Shown here piece by piece: positions 1 to 9,610 of a DNA stretch of 64,000 bases (position 1 is the first letter of the stretch; every line of letters begins with the position of its first letter). The position numbers were made by a program, and so were the translations under genes. Source of the DNA: Candidatus Calditenuis fumarioli (GTDB taxonomy: Archaea > Thermoproteota > Nitrososphaeria_A > Caldarchaeales > Calditenuaceae); the NCBI GenBank assembly GCA_030059665.1, contig JANVYR010000002.1:1-64000 (forward strand). The letters run 5' to 3'. The notes beneath the pieces were generated by a model. It was given only the letters and a program-made list of their open reading frames with translations, did not search any database and was not told where the DNA came from.

Positions 1-78
<78 letters not shown>

Positions 79-210
79 ACGGCCTGGCGAGTGTGGTGCC
101 CGGCCACCGTCGCTGCGATCATCGGCCGGGCGTCCGGGGAGAACCGTTGGACTCGCCATCAGGACGTTGAGATTGATTTAAGAGGACGGGGGAGCCGTTC
201 CATTCAACGG

Positions 211-2178
211 ATGCGGCTCAGCTGGATGATCGGTGGTGCGCAGGGGAGCGGTGTCGATTCGTCCGCCAACGCCTTCGCCTATGCCGTCGCTTCTGCCGGT
301 TACAACGTCTTCGGGAAGAGGGAGTACTTCTCCAACATCAAGGGCAGGCACAGCTACTTCACGGTGGTGGCCTCGGAGGGGCCCGTAAGGAGCGTGACGG
401 ATGAGGTCCACGTCCTCACCTCCTTCGACGCCGAGACCGTCTTCAGACACGCCTTCGAGGTGATGAAGGGAGGGGCTCTGATCTACGACAAGTACCTCGA
501 GGGCGAGCGTCTCAAGAACCAGTCGATGCTCGAGCCGGAGGAGATGGAGAGGATAGAGAAGAACCTGGAGGAGATGGGGGTCTCGGACACCCTCAAGGAC
601 GTGGTCAAGGCGGCCAACGAGTCGGGCGTCAAGGTGTTCCCGGTACCGTACATGGACCTCCTCAAGCGGGTCGGCGACCTGATAGGAGAGCAGCAGCTCA
701 GCGCCCTCACGAGGATGGTCAACACGCTGGCCGTAGCGGTCTCCTTCAGGCTCCTCAGGGGCGAGCTCGAGAACCTCGAGAAGGGCCTCAGCTACGCCTT
801 CAGGGCCAAGAGGGCCATCGTGCGGAACAACATGGTCGCTGCTCAGGTGGCCTACGAGTACTTCGACGAGCACTTCCAGGGCGAGTCGATCGGCCTCACG
901 CTCAAGCCCATCCCGAACGGCACCCGGAGGATCCTCGTCAACGGAACGACGATCGTCGGGCTCGGCAAGATCGTCGCGGGCTGCAGGGTCCAGTCCTACT
1001 ACCCGATAACGCCGGCAGCTGACGAGAGCTTCTACCTGGAGGACAAGATGGAGTTCGGAATCGCGGCCGACGGCGAGCTGGAGTACCCCGAGCTGGCCGA
1101 GACCAAGGTCCTCACCGAGCGCGGGAACATCGTCGTGGTCCAGACCGAGGACGAGCTCGCGGCGATAGACCTGGCGATCGGTGCCGCGCTGGCGGGAGTC
1201 AGGGCCGCAACGGCCACCTCCGGCCCCGGGTTCTCTCTGATGCCGGAGGGCCTCGACTGGGCGAGCATCAACGAGGTCCCCGTGGTGATAACAATCTACA
1301 ACAGGGGAGGGCCCAGCACCGGGATGCCGACGAGGCACGAGCAGTCGGACCTGCTCTTCTCCGTCTTCGCGGGCCACGGAGAGGCTCCCAGGATCGTGCT
1401 GGCCTCAGGGGACATGGAGGAGGCCTTCTACGACACCATCAAGGCCTTCAACTACGCCGAGCGCTACCAGATGCCGGTGATACACCTCCTCGACAAGTCG
1501 ATCGCCAACTCGACCCAGAGCATACCGGTTCCAGACCCCGCGAGGGCCGTGATAGACAGGGGCCTCTACGTCGACTCGGACATGACGGGCAAGCAGTACA
1601 AGCGCTTCGAGATCACCGAGTCAGGGGTTTCGCTGAGGGTACCGATAGGCACCAGGGGCGTCACCTTCTGGAACACCGGCGACGAGCACGACGAGCTCGG
1701 CCACATCTCGGAGGACCCGTACAACAGGACTGCGATGATGGAGAAGAGGATGAGGAAGCTCGAGCTGGCAGCACGGGAGATCCCGCCGGAGGAGAAGGTC
1801 AGCGTTTACGGCGACCAGTCCTTCGACGTCTGGATCGTCAGCTGGGGATCGACGAAGGGCCCGATCCTCGACGCGCTGGATCTGCTCAGGGAGGAGGGGT
1901 TCGACGGGAAGCTCGCGTTCCTCCAGGTAAGGCTCCTCTGGCCCTTCCCCGCTGACCTCGTGCGGGAGCTGCTGGGCGGCGCGAAGAAGATCATCGACAT
2001 CGAGCAGAACTACATGGGTCAGCTGGGGATGCTGATGAAGATGGCCGCAGGGATTGAGCCGACCAACAGGATCCTGAAGTTCAACGGCAGGCCCTTCACG
2101 ATGACCGAATTGAGGGACGCGATCAAGACCGTCCTGAAGACCGACGTCAAGCGCCTCGTGACCAACAGGGGCTCGTGA
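211..2178 (+). CDS. korA: 2-oxoacid:ferredoxin oxidoreductase alpha subunit (gamma-alpha fusion)
   Basis: Motifs MIGGAQGSGVD, YYPITPA, EDELAAI and ATATSGPGFSLM. Start moved to ATG 211, downstream of a TATA-like GATTTAAG at ~176. Confidence 0.93.
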   Translation: MRLSWMIGGAQGSGVDSSANAFAYAVASAGYNVFGKREYFSNIKGRHSYFTVVASEGPVRSVTDEVHVLTSFDAETVFRHAFEVMKGGALIYDKYLEGERLKNQSMLEPEEMERIEKNLEEMGVSDTLKDVVKAANESGVKVFPVPYMDLLKRVGDLIGEQQLSALTRMVNTLAVAVSFRLLRGELENLEKGLSYAFRAKRAIVRNNMVAAQVAYEYFDEHFQGESIGLTLKPIPNGTRRILVNGTTIVGLGKIVAGCRVQSYYPITPAADESFYLEDKMEFGIAADGELEYPELAETKVLTERGNIVVVQTEDELAAIDLAIGAALAGVRAATATSGPGFSLMPEGLDWASINEVPVVITIYNRGGPSTGMPTRHEQSDLLFSVFAGHGEAPRIVLASGDMEEAFYDTIKAFNYAERYQMPVIHLLDKSIANSTQSIPVPDPARAVIDRGLYVDSDMTGKQYKRFEITESGVSLRVPIGTRGVTFWNTGDEHDELGHISEDPYNRTAMMEKRMRKLELAAREIPPEEKVSVYGDQSFDVWIVSWGSTKGPILDALDLLREEGFDGKLAFLQVRLLWPFPADLVRELLGGAKKIIDIEQNYMGQLGMLMKMAAGIEPTNRILKFNGRPFTMTELRDAIKTVLKTDVKRLVTNRGS

Positions 2179-2270
2179 GGGGTCAGCGCCGGGCCGCCCG
2201 TCTGAGGCCGCCCACTCGCCGCCCACCTTTTTGCAAATATTTCTAATGGTGGAGCTGTTAAGAGCCCCGG

Positions 2271-2711
2271 GTGGGGACCTTGTCGGCCATCGCCGCGAAG
2301 AGGTTCACGGAGGAGTTCGCTACGCTTCTCGACAGGGCCGTTGCGATCACCCTCAAGTCCGGACAGAGGATCACGGGTAGGGTGCTGGCGTTCAACCAGT
2401 CGGACTACAGCCTCTGGCTCGCGGACGCCGTGACGGGTGAGGGGAGAAGCTCGAGGAGGCTCTTCGTCGCGGGCAGCGAGATCTCAACGATAGAGGTGAT
2501 GGAGGAGGGGCCTGACCTCATGGAGCTGTACGAGAGGCTCAACAGGGTCTTCCCCAACATGGTGAGGTACCTCCGCGAGGCAGGGGTGATCGTGGTGATG
2601 GAGCGGGTCAGGGTGACGAAGGACGGCTTGGTCGAGGGTTCGGGACCGGTTGCGGAGAGGGTGAGGAGGATATGGGAGGAGTGGAAGGCCGAGTCCGGGC
2701 AGAAGGGCTGA
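2271..2711 (+). CDS. Sm/Lsm-like RNA-binding protein with C-terminal extension (SmAP3 type)
   Basis: N-terminal Sm fold (VAITLKSGQRITGRVLAF...LWLADA) plus a ~70-aa C-terminal domain (ELYERLNRVFPNMVRY) typical of SmAP3. Confidence 0.8.
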   Translation: MGTLSAIAAKRFTEEFATLLDRAVAITLKSGQRITGRVLAFNQSDYSLWLADAVTGEGRSSRRLFVAGSEISTIEVMEEGPDLMELYERLNRVFPNMVRYLREAGVIVVMERVRVTKDGLVEGSGPVAERVRRIWEEWKAESGQKG

Positions 2712-2720
2712 GCGGCCGGT

Positions 2721-3449
2721 TCAGCTCTCGAGGCGCGCCACGGCCCTCGCGTAGGACCTCATCAGCTCGTCGACCGTGACGTCCTCCAGTCCGAGGTTCG
2801 CGAGCCTGTTCAGCACCCAGACCGCCCTCCGGCAGGCGTAGTAATCCGGGGTGGACTCGCCGACCTCGATCAGCATCCCCATGTTCTCCATCCCCATCAG
2901 CCCAGCCAGGTTCATCAGTATCCCCACGGCCCCCACGATCTGGCCGCTGTAGACGTGCCCCTCCACCAGTTTCGCGTACTTCTCGAGGTTGGACCTGTCG
3001 GTCGAGGAGCAGTAGACCTCCCTCCTCGGCGATACGGCCTCCCTCCCCCCGAGACCGCCGACGGTGAAGACCCTCGTTGCGCCGTGCCTCCTCGCGAGCT
3101 CGATCACCGTGTAGCAGAACTCGTGCTGCCCGTAACTCGATGCAGGCTGCGATGTCCCGTAGAGGATCAGCGTAGGAGAGGGCTCCTCGACCGCGTAGAG
3201 GTCCGCGAAGTTCAGGACCAGCCTGCCGTCGGAGACGAAGGCCGGTGATGGGAACTCGGGCGAGTAGAGCCGGCAGATTCTCTTCGCTTTGACGGACGCG
3301 AGGATGTGGGCAACCGCGACCTTGGAGACCATCCCTATCCCTGGGAGGCCCTCGATGAACGTGGCTCCCTCGAGGACGTAGTCCCCCATCCCCTCCTCGT
3401 AGACGACCTCGGTCCTCAGTCCCGAGTCCAGCGTCCTCAACCTCCTCAT
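2721..3449 (-). CDS. PAC2-family proteasome assembly chaperone
   Basis: FIEGLPGIGMVSKVA, VFTVGG and GQIVGAVGILM match the PAC2/ATP-grasp-like family pattern. Confidence 0.85.
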   Translation of the reverse strand: MRRLRTLDSGLRTEVVYEEGMGDYVLEGATFIEGLPGIGMVSKVAVAHILASVKAKRICRLYSPEFPSPAFVSDGRLVLNFADLYAVEEPSPTLILYGTSQPASSYGQHEFCYTVIELARRHGATRVFTVGGLGGREAVSPRREVYCSSTDRSNLEKYAKLVEGHVYSGQIVGAVGILMNLAGLMGMENMGMLIEVGESTPDYYACRRAVWVLNRLANLGLEDVTVDELMRSYARAVARLES

Positions 3450-3502
3450 GGGACTCGTACGTGGTATTATCCGTTGCGTGTATTAGCGTTTGGCGGCTTA
3501 CG

Positions 3503-4531
3503 TTAGGCACCGGAGATCCACTTGGAGAGGCTCTCGGTGGACCTGACGATCCTCGCGCCCTCTGCAGCGAACTTCCTGAAGTACGCATCGGCCCTCTCGG
3601 TGTAGTCGACCACGCCCTTGACGACGACCGGCGAGGTGCAGTCCTCGAGGAGGAAGATCTTGCCCACATAGGACGGGTCCATCTCCCTGAAGGTCGAGAT
3701 CAGGTCCTCGATGGTCCAGGCAACGCAGTGGCTCTTCGCCTGCCCCGCCACCAGCACGAGGTCGTACCCGCTCAACTCCTCGATCAGCTCCCTGTCTACG
3801 GCGCCGAGCTGCTTCCCCTCGTGGTCCTGCTTCACCTCAGGCGCTATCGCGGAGTAGTGCTCCGTCAGCGGGTGCATCCCCTTCATCCTGATGAACGGCT
3901 GGGACCTCCTGGCGATGGCGTGGAAGAAGACCGCCTCCTCCACCGCCGGCACGATGGCGTGCCCTATCCCGCCCAGCATGGCGTGGTAAGGCCAGACCGT
4001 AAGCTCGTACTTGCCCGAGCGTTCCAAGCTCTCCACGTAGTGCAGCAGGTACTTCCGGCCGTAATCGGGGTCGATGCCGAGCGCCCAGCAGGCCTCCGGG
4101 TCGATGCGCCATTTGCCCCTCCTCACGTCCTCGACCGAGACGACCGTGTAGGGCTCCGGGTGGTTGCCGTCGCTGTCTATCAGGAACGCCTCGTGGAAGA
4201 TCTGGTAGGCCTGGTGCGTGTCCATGGTGAGGTAGATCCTGGTTATGTTCTCGAGGTTCCTGTAGATGAACTGGCAGAGCCTGACGTTGTCCTCGACCGC
4301 GCCGAGCCCCGACCTCCCCGCGACGAAGAGCTCGAACCCCGGTATGCAGAAGGTGTTCTGGACGTCTATCAGCAGGAGAGCGACCCTGAATTCGTCCTTC
4401 GAGGCAGGCCTGATCCCGTAACGCTGGGCCCACATCCTCGCCTCCCTGGACCTCTTGGCGTAGTCGACCCTCCAGACGTCGCCGACCGTCTCCGGCGAGA
4501 AGTGCGGGGGAATGGGGAGCTCCCTCACCAT
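3503..4531 (-). CDS. Isochorismatase-family cysteine hydrolase (nicotinamidase-like, long form)
   Basis: [19 protein letters not shown] and AGQAKSHCV (catalytic Asp and Cys with metal-binding His). Confidence 0.8.
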   Translation of the reverse strand: MVRELPIPPHFSPETVGDVWRVDYAKRSREARMWAQRYGIRPASKDEFRVALLLIDVQNTFCIPGFELFVAGRSGLGAVEDNVRLCQFIYRNLENITRIYLTMDTHQAYQIFHEAFLIDSDGNHPEPYTVVSVEDVRRGKWRIDPEACWALGIDPDYGRKYLLHYVESLERSGKYELTVWPYHAMLGGIGHAIVPAVEEAVFFHAIARRSQPFIRMKGMHPLTEHYSAIAPEVKQDHEGKQLGAVDRELIEELSGYDLVLVAGQAKSHCVAWTIEDLISTFREMDPSYVGKIFLLEDCTSPVVVKGVVDYTERADAYFRKFAAEGARIVRSTESLSKWISGA

Positions 4532-4754
4532 ACCGGCGTGAATTTAGCACGGACGCGAATATGCGCTTTGCTCTCCCCAGTTAAAATGCCGGCCGGATGC
4601 CTGTGAGCGGGTTTGACGAGACCTGACTGGGACCTCACCTAAAGTTTGCAGGGCTTCTAGCCTGTGGTGAAGGGCCTAAGCCTGAGGGCCCGTCCACGGC
4701 GATGCCTCACCGGTTACGGCTACCGGTTTGAGCAGCAAGCGTTTGCGTCCGACC

Positions 4755-6443
4755 TCAGAAGCTGTTCCGTCCTGTCCTCGATCTGGTCAGATAGGCCGTT
4801 AAAGCCGCTGCGGCGATCACCGACGATACGGCGACCAGCACAACGGTCTCAGGTCTGGTAACCTCCCTCTCGACGGTCCTCGTCGATACCGAGGTCAGGA
4901 AGGAGCTAACGGTCGTCTTCCGCTCGATCGTCAACGTCTGCGTCAGTTCCCTGGTGATGGTCTGCAAAAGCGTCCGGGTGGTCGTGAAGGTCACCACCTG
5001 CCTCTCCATTTCGATGACGAGACGTAGGAGCTCATCGGGGTTGCTGGGCCTGCCCTTGTAGCTCGAGGCGAGCTGCTCCGTCAGGAACAGATACCTGTAA
5101 CCGTATCTCACGCTGGGCTCTATGTGGGTGTTCTCCCACCATTCGTTGAAGCTCGTCACCCAGATCCAGTCCGGATAGCTCGCAGCCGCGTGCTCGTAAG
5201 TCGTCAGGTAGTACCTTCCGTCGTCCCTGTCGAAATGAAGGCCCCTGCGACTGGGAAGCAGCCGCTCGTCGTAACCTGGCGAGATCGCCGGGACCCAGAG
5301 CCTCTCGTTGCCCCCATGCAGGACGTGGTAGGTCTTCACAGCAGGCCCTGTTCGGGAGTAAAACCTCTTCAGCTCGTTGAGGTCTCCTGTCCCGTAATTC
5401 TGCAGGCCGTCGAAGGCCTCGAGATATTTTATATTTGATGCGGTTGCAACATAGAACGCATCAACCCCTTTCCTCCTTAGGTTCTCGAAGACCGAGCGCC
5501 ACTCGTCGACCTCGTGCGACCAGGCCGCCCAGACGAAGACCAGCGCCTTCCCATCGATCTTGTAGTAGGAGGGGTGGTTGCCGTAGGACGTGATGAGGTA
5601 GCTCAACATGCTCTCGATCTCCTCCAAGGGACGGCTTTGGCCGTCGCCCGTGAGGGACTCGAAGTAGGCCGCCACGCGGAAGCCCTCCTCTGCCGCTATC
5701 TCCAGGACCCTTCTGAGGTTCCGGTCGGTGTTGGTGCCAGGACCCCACCAGGAGACCGCGAACCCGTCGATCCCGGCGGCCTTGGCCAACCTGATGTGGA
5801 GCCTGATCGCGTTCGGATCGTCAGAGGAGTACCTGCCCATGAGAGGCCTATCGGCCATGTACGGCTCATCCCAGCTCCTTGTGGTGTACCACGGATAGTA
5901 GGCCGCCCAGACCGTCTTCCCGAACCTCCCTTCGCCGAGCTTGAACACGGGGCCGCCCCTGAGCAGAGAGGCCGCGGGGACGGTGAGGTTCAGAGGGTTC
6001 CTCCCACCAGATCCGGGCACTGTGCCGCTGTGGGTCACGTCCTTGACGGGTTCACCCAGCGCGTTGTAGAAGGTGGCCCTCGTCGTCCCCACATCCCCCT
6101 TCATCACGCTGAAGGGCACGTCACCCGCTGATGGCACACGGGTCAGCAGGAGCTCGAACTCCACCGTAGCGTCTATCACACGTTCAGGGTAACAGCACCT
6201 GCTCATCCCGAACCAGCTGCTCTCCCACGCGACGTCCAAACCGTCGGCCTTGCCGCTCACCACCTTATACCGAGCGTTCACGATCTCGACGCCGCCCTGA
6301 AGGGTCACCGATGTCCAGTCCGAATCGCTGCTGAGGACGACCTTGATCCTGTAAACGTCCTCCGCGCCTGCGGCGGAAGTTGATACCACCAGCAAGGCGG
6401 GTGCGAGCAACAACGCGGCCATCAACCACGCTTTCAGATCCAT
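4755..6443 (-). CDS. Secreted, membrane-anchored GH99-like glycoside hydrolase (endo-alpha-mannosidase/mannanase-like)
   Basis: N-terminal signal peptide; AAYYPWY, GIDGFAVSWW and TSFNEWWENTHIEPS (ExxE); Thr-rich stalk and C-terminal TM helix. Start set at ATG 6443, below a TATA at ~6476-6482. Confidence 0.75.
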   Translation of the reverse strand: MDLKAWLMAALLLAPALLVVSTSAAGAEDVYRIKVVLSSDSDWTSVTLQGGVEIVNARYKVVSGKADGLDVAWESSWFGMSRCCYPERVIDATVEFELLLTRVPSAGDVPFSVMKGDVGTTRATFYNALGEPVKDVTHSGTVPGSGGRNPLNLTVPAASLLRGGPVFKLGEGRFGKTVWAAYYPWYTTRSWDEPYMADRPLMGRYSSDDPNAIRLHIRLAKAAGIDGFAVSWWGPGTNTDRNLRRVLEIAAEEGFRVAAYFESLTGDGQSRPLEEIESMLSYLITSYGNHPSYYKIDGKALVFVWAAWSHEVDEWRSVFENLRRKGVDAFYVATASNIKYLEAFDGLQNYGTGDLNELKRFYSRTGPAVKTYHVLHGGNERLWVPAISPGYDERLLPSRRGLHFDRDDGRYYLTTYEHAAASYPDWIWVTSFNEWWENTHIEPSVRYGYRYLFLTEQLASSYKGRPSNPDELLRLVIEMERQVVTFTTTRTLLQTITRELTQTLTIERKTTVSSFLTSVSTRTVEREVTRPETVVLVAVSSVIAAAALTAYLTRSRTGRNSF

Positions 6444-6701
6444 GTTGCACCTGTTCGAGGTCAAATCTACCCGATATAAAATCGAACCAGCGCGATCTGG
6501 GACCCCTCGAACCGGATGCTGTCCAGTGACCAGCGCACCTGTTCGGCCCTCCGCCTACGGGAATCGGTAAAGAGGTTCGTCGTGGTCCCTGGGGTCCGTG
6601 ACCAGCGTGCTTTGGAGGACGCCGATCGGTCTCGAGGTCCTAGAGCGGCGTTCACGACTTTATAAGCACGGCGGATCCTCCGCGGACCGGGGCGAATCGA
6701 G

Positions 6702-7913
6702 TTGGTGAGGGAACCGAGGGTCTACCTTGCCACCGAGGAGGACATCCTGTCGGGGAAGGTAACGGACGTGTACTTCGTCAGGACCTCGCTCATCGCGTCA
6801 ACGGCCAACGTTGCCTCCAAGCGGGTGGCGGCCGACGTCCACGCGTACTCCTTGCCGCGAGGTTACGGCTGGGCCGTCTTCGCCGGGCTCGAGGAGGTCC
6901 TGAGGGTGCTGCAGGGAAGGAAGGTCGACGTCTACGCGATGGAGGAGGGCGAGCTCTTCGGGCCGCTCGAGCCGGTGATGGAGGTCGTGGGCCCTTACTC
7001 GGAGTTCGGCGTTTACGAGCCGGCGATCCTCGGGATGCTCAGGCACTCGAGCAGCGTCGCCACCAAGGCGGCCCGGATGAGGCTCGCGACGTGGGGGAAG
7101 CTCCTGATCTTCTTCGGGATAAGGTGCGTCCATCCTGCGGTCGCGCCGGCAATCGACAGGGCCTCCTTCATCGGGGGCTGCGACGCGGTCTCAGGGGTCC
7201 TCGGAGCGGAGATGATCGGCGAGAGGCCCGTTGGGACGATGCCGCACGCACTGATCATCCTGTTCGGCGAGCAGGAGCAGGCGTGGCAGGCCTTCGACGC
7301 GGTGGTTCCGCCGGAGGTCCCGAGGATAGCCCTGTGCGACACCTTCGACGACGAGCGGGTGGAGGCTCTCAGGGCCGCGAGGGCGCTGGGCAGCAGGCTT
7401 TACGGCGTCAGGCTCGACACGCCGAGCTCGAGGAGGGGGAACATGCGGAGGATAGTGCAGGAGGTGAGGTGGACGCTCGACCTGGAGGGGTTCAGGGACG
7501 TCCGAATTTTCGTCAGCGGGGGCATCGATGAGGAGGAGGCGATGGAGCTCTCCGAGCTGGTCGACGGTTTCGGGGTCGGCACGTCGATAGCCTTCCCGCC
7601 GTCGGTGGACCTCGCCCTGGACATCGTCGAGGTCGAGGGCCGTCCCCTGGCGAAGCGCGGCAAGCTGCCTGGGAGGAAGCAGGTTTACCGGTGCAGGAAC
7701 CTCCACGACTTCGTGGTGCCGTTCGGGAAGGAGCTGGAGCGTTGCCCCACGTGCGGGGAGCCCCTCAGGCCGCTGCTCAGGAAGGTGATGAGCTCCGGCG
7801 AGCTCACGGCGGACCTGCCCTCCGCGAGGGATATCAGGAGCAGGGTGATCGAGCGGCTAGAGGCCATCAGGTCCCTCCCCGAGTTCAGGATCGAGCCGAG
7901 GCTCCTCGCCTGA
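6702..7913 (+). CDS. pncB: Nicotinate phosphoribosyltransferase
   Basis: TDVYF, FFGIRCVHP, GTMPHA, GVRLDTP, FVSGGI and FGVGT; C-terminal CxxC zinc knuckle; TATA TTTATAAG at ~6659. Confidence 0.9.
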   Translation: MVREPRVYLATEEDILSGKVTDVYFVRTSLIASTANVASKRVAADVHAYSLPRGYGWAVFAGLEEVLRVLQGRKVDVYAMEEGELFGPLEPVMEVVGPYSEFGVYEPAILGMLRHSSSVATKAARMRLATWGKLLIFFGIRCVHPAVAPAIDRASFIGGCDAVSGVLGAEMIGERPVGTMPHALIILFGEQEQAWQAFDAVVPPEVPRIALCDTFDDERVEALRAARALGSRLYGVRLDTPSSRRGNMRRIVQEVRWTLDLEGFRDVRIFVSGGIDEEEAMELSELVDGFGVGTSIAFPPSVDLALDIVEVEGRPLAKRGKLPGRKQVYRCRNLHDFVVPFGKELERCPTCGEPLRPLLRKVMSSGELTADLPSARDIRSRVIERLEAIRSLPEFRIEPRLLA

Positions 7914-7957
7914 GCGGACTCACCCTTATCAGATGGGTTTCAACATGCATCAACGCG

Positions 7958-8023
7958 ATGATATGGGACTCTCATCTGACCCCGGCTTCGGCGCCGGGGA
8001 ATGAGGAGCCATGGGGTAAATGA
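7958..8023 (+). ncRNA. Candidate box C/D sRNA with internal stem-loop
   Basis: Order is C-like AUGAUAU, 11-nt guide, CUGA, 7-bp stem CCCCGGC/GCCGGGG, C'-like AUGAGGA, 12-nt guide, AUGA. Lies in the pncB-gcvH intergenic gap. Confidence 0.6.
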
Positions 8024-8158
8024 GCCTCCCTCTGAAGCTCCCGATGCCCGGATTTCCCCGTCGAACGGGTCACCCCGATCGACGAATCCCCCAATAATTC
8101 CCCATAGCCGGGAACCCCCGAGATTTCATATACAACCGATCGGCGCGGTTCAGGGGCG

Positions 8159-8578
8159 ATGTCCTTCGCGTACGAGGTGCCGGAGGGCCTCCTTTACAGC
8201 AGGAACCACGAGTGGGTCAAGGTGAAGGGGAAGGTGGCAACGGTAGGCGTGACCGATTACGTCCAGCGCAAGCTCCGGGAGGTGCTCTACGTCGAGCTCC
8301 CCAACACAAACGTCAAGGTCTCAAGGGGTCAGCACGTGGCCACGATAGAGTCGGTCCGTGCGACCCATGAGGTGAGGTCGCCGGTCTCGGGCAGGATAGT
8401 TGAGGTCAACGCGAAGCTGGTCGACAGCCCCGAGCTGATCAACGAGTACCCCTACGAGAGCGGATGGATCTTCAGGGTCGAGATAGCCAACGAGGAGGAC
8501 CTGGCCGATCTGATGGACGCCGACGAGTACTCGAGGTACCTACAGGAGCTGGAGCTCGAGGCGGAGGAGTCAGAGTAG
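8159..8578 (+). CDS. gcvH: Glycine cleavage H-protein homolog with the lipoyl Lys replaced by Arg
   Basis: YSRNHEWV, VGVTDY, VELP, IESVRA (canonically ESVKA), SPVSG, INEYPYESGWIF. Confidence 0.85.
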   Translation: MSFAYEVPEGLLYSRNHEWVKVKGKVATVGVTDYVQRKLREVLYVELPNTNVKVSRGQHVATIESVRATHEVRSPVSGRIVEVNAKLVDSPELINEYPYESGWIFRVEIANEEDLADLMDADEYSRYLQELELEAEESE

Positions 8579-9547
8579 GGCCCTCGCGAGCCTGATCGGC
8601 GCGCTCAGGTATCCCCTGAGCCTGCTGACCCTGATGCTTTTTGCTACGGCGAACAGCTCCTCAACCTCCTGATCGGTCAGCTCGACGTCCGCTGCCAGCG
8701 CGTTCCTCTCCGCCTGCCGCGCGTCCTTTGCGCCCGGTATCGCGACGACGTTTCTCCTGTGGATCAATGCCCTCAGCGCCACCTGGTCCGGGGTCGCTCC
8801 GTGCCTCGAGGCGACCTCCCTCAGCCTCTCCAGCAGCGGCCCGATCCTCCTGACGTTGTGCGGGTCGAAGAGCGGGTTGATGGCCCTTACCGCGTCCCTC
8901 GGCAGGTTATCGGGGCTGTACTTCCCGGTGAGGAGGCCCTGCGCCAGCGGGCTGTAGGCGATGACCGTGATCGAGTCGCCGAACCTCTCGAAGAGTTCCT
9001 CCGCAGCGCGCGTCTTGAGCAGGCTGTACTCGATCTGGTCGGAGACGATCTCCTCCCTCTTCAGGGCGTTCTGCGCCCTCTCGAGCTGTGATGCGGAGAA
9101 GTTGCTGACGCCGATGTACCTGATCATTCCCCTCCTCACCAGCTCCTCCATCGCCCTCATCGTCGACGAGATGGGGACGAACGGGTTGGGCCAGTGGACC
9201 TGGTACAGGTCTATCACGTCGACCCCGAGCCTCCGGAGGCTCCGCTCGCAGGCCTTGATGGTGCCGTTGTAGGTTGCGTGGGTTGGCCAGACCTTGGTCG
9301 CTATCAGGACCCTGTCCCTGATGTCCCTGATCGCCTTCCCGACGACGACCTCGGAGTAGCCGCCGCCGTAGATCTCGGCCGTGTCTATCAGGTTGACGCC
9401 GAGCTCGACCGCCCTCCTGATGGCCTCGATCACCTGCTCCTCCCCGTAGCCCCTTCCCCAGCCCCACTCCCTCGATCCGATCTGCCAGGTCCCGATCCCG
9501 ATCTTCGAGACCCTCTCCGACGTTCTGCCGAGGGTCGTGTAGAGCAA
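8570..9547 (-). CDS. Aldo/keto reductase
   Basis: IGIGTWQ, LIDTAEIYG, IATKV, IDLYQVHWP, IGVSNF, IAYSPLAQGLLTGKY. Confidence 0.92.
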   Translation of the reverse strand: MLYTTLGRTSERVSKIGIGTWQIGSREWGWGRGYGEEQVIEAIRRAVELGVNLIDTAEIYGGGYSEVVVGKAIRDIRDRVLIATKVWPTHATYNGTIKACERSLRRLGVDVIDLYQVHWPNPFVPISSTMRAMEELVRRGMIRYIGVSNFSASQLERAQNALKREEIVSDQIEYSLLKTRAAEELFERFGDSITVIAYSPLAQGLLTGKYSPDNLPRDAVRAINPLFDPHNVRRIGPLLERLREVASRHGATPDQVALRALIHRRNVVAIPGAKDARQAERNALAADVELTDQEVEELFAVAKSIRVSRLRGYLSAPIRLARALL

Positions 9548-9610
9548 CCCGTGTCACCTGGAGCGCAGCGGCTGAAATAGCCTCCGCTCCTCGAAGTCCA
9601 ACGCATGCAC

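Noticed and set aside
4600-4750. Intergenic hairpins and UGACGA/CUGA words suggesting a C/D or H/ACA RNA
   Set aside because: Box spacing does not fit a guide RNA and no consistent fold was found.
6490-6655. GTGACCAGCG direct repeat and a partial inverted repeat in the GH99-pncB gap
   Set aside because: There are only two short copies and a weak stem, which is compatible with chance in GC-rich DNA.
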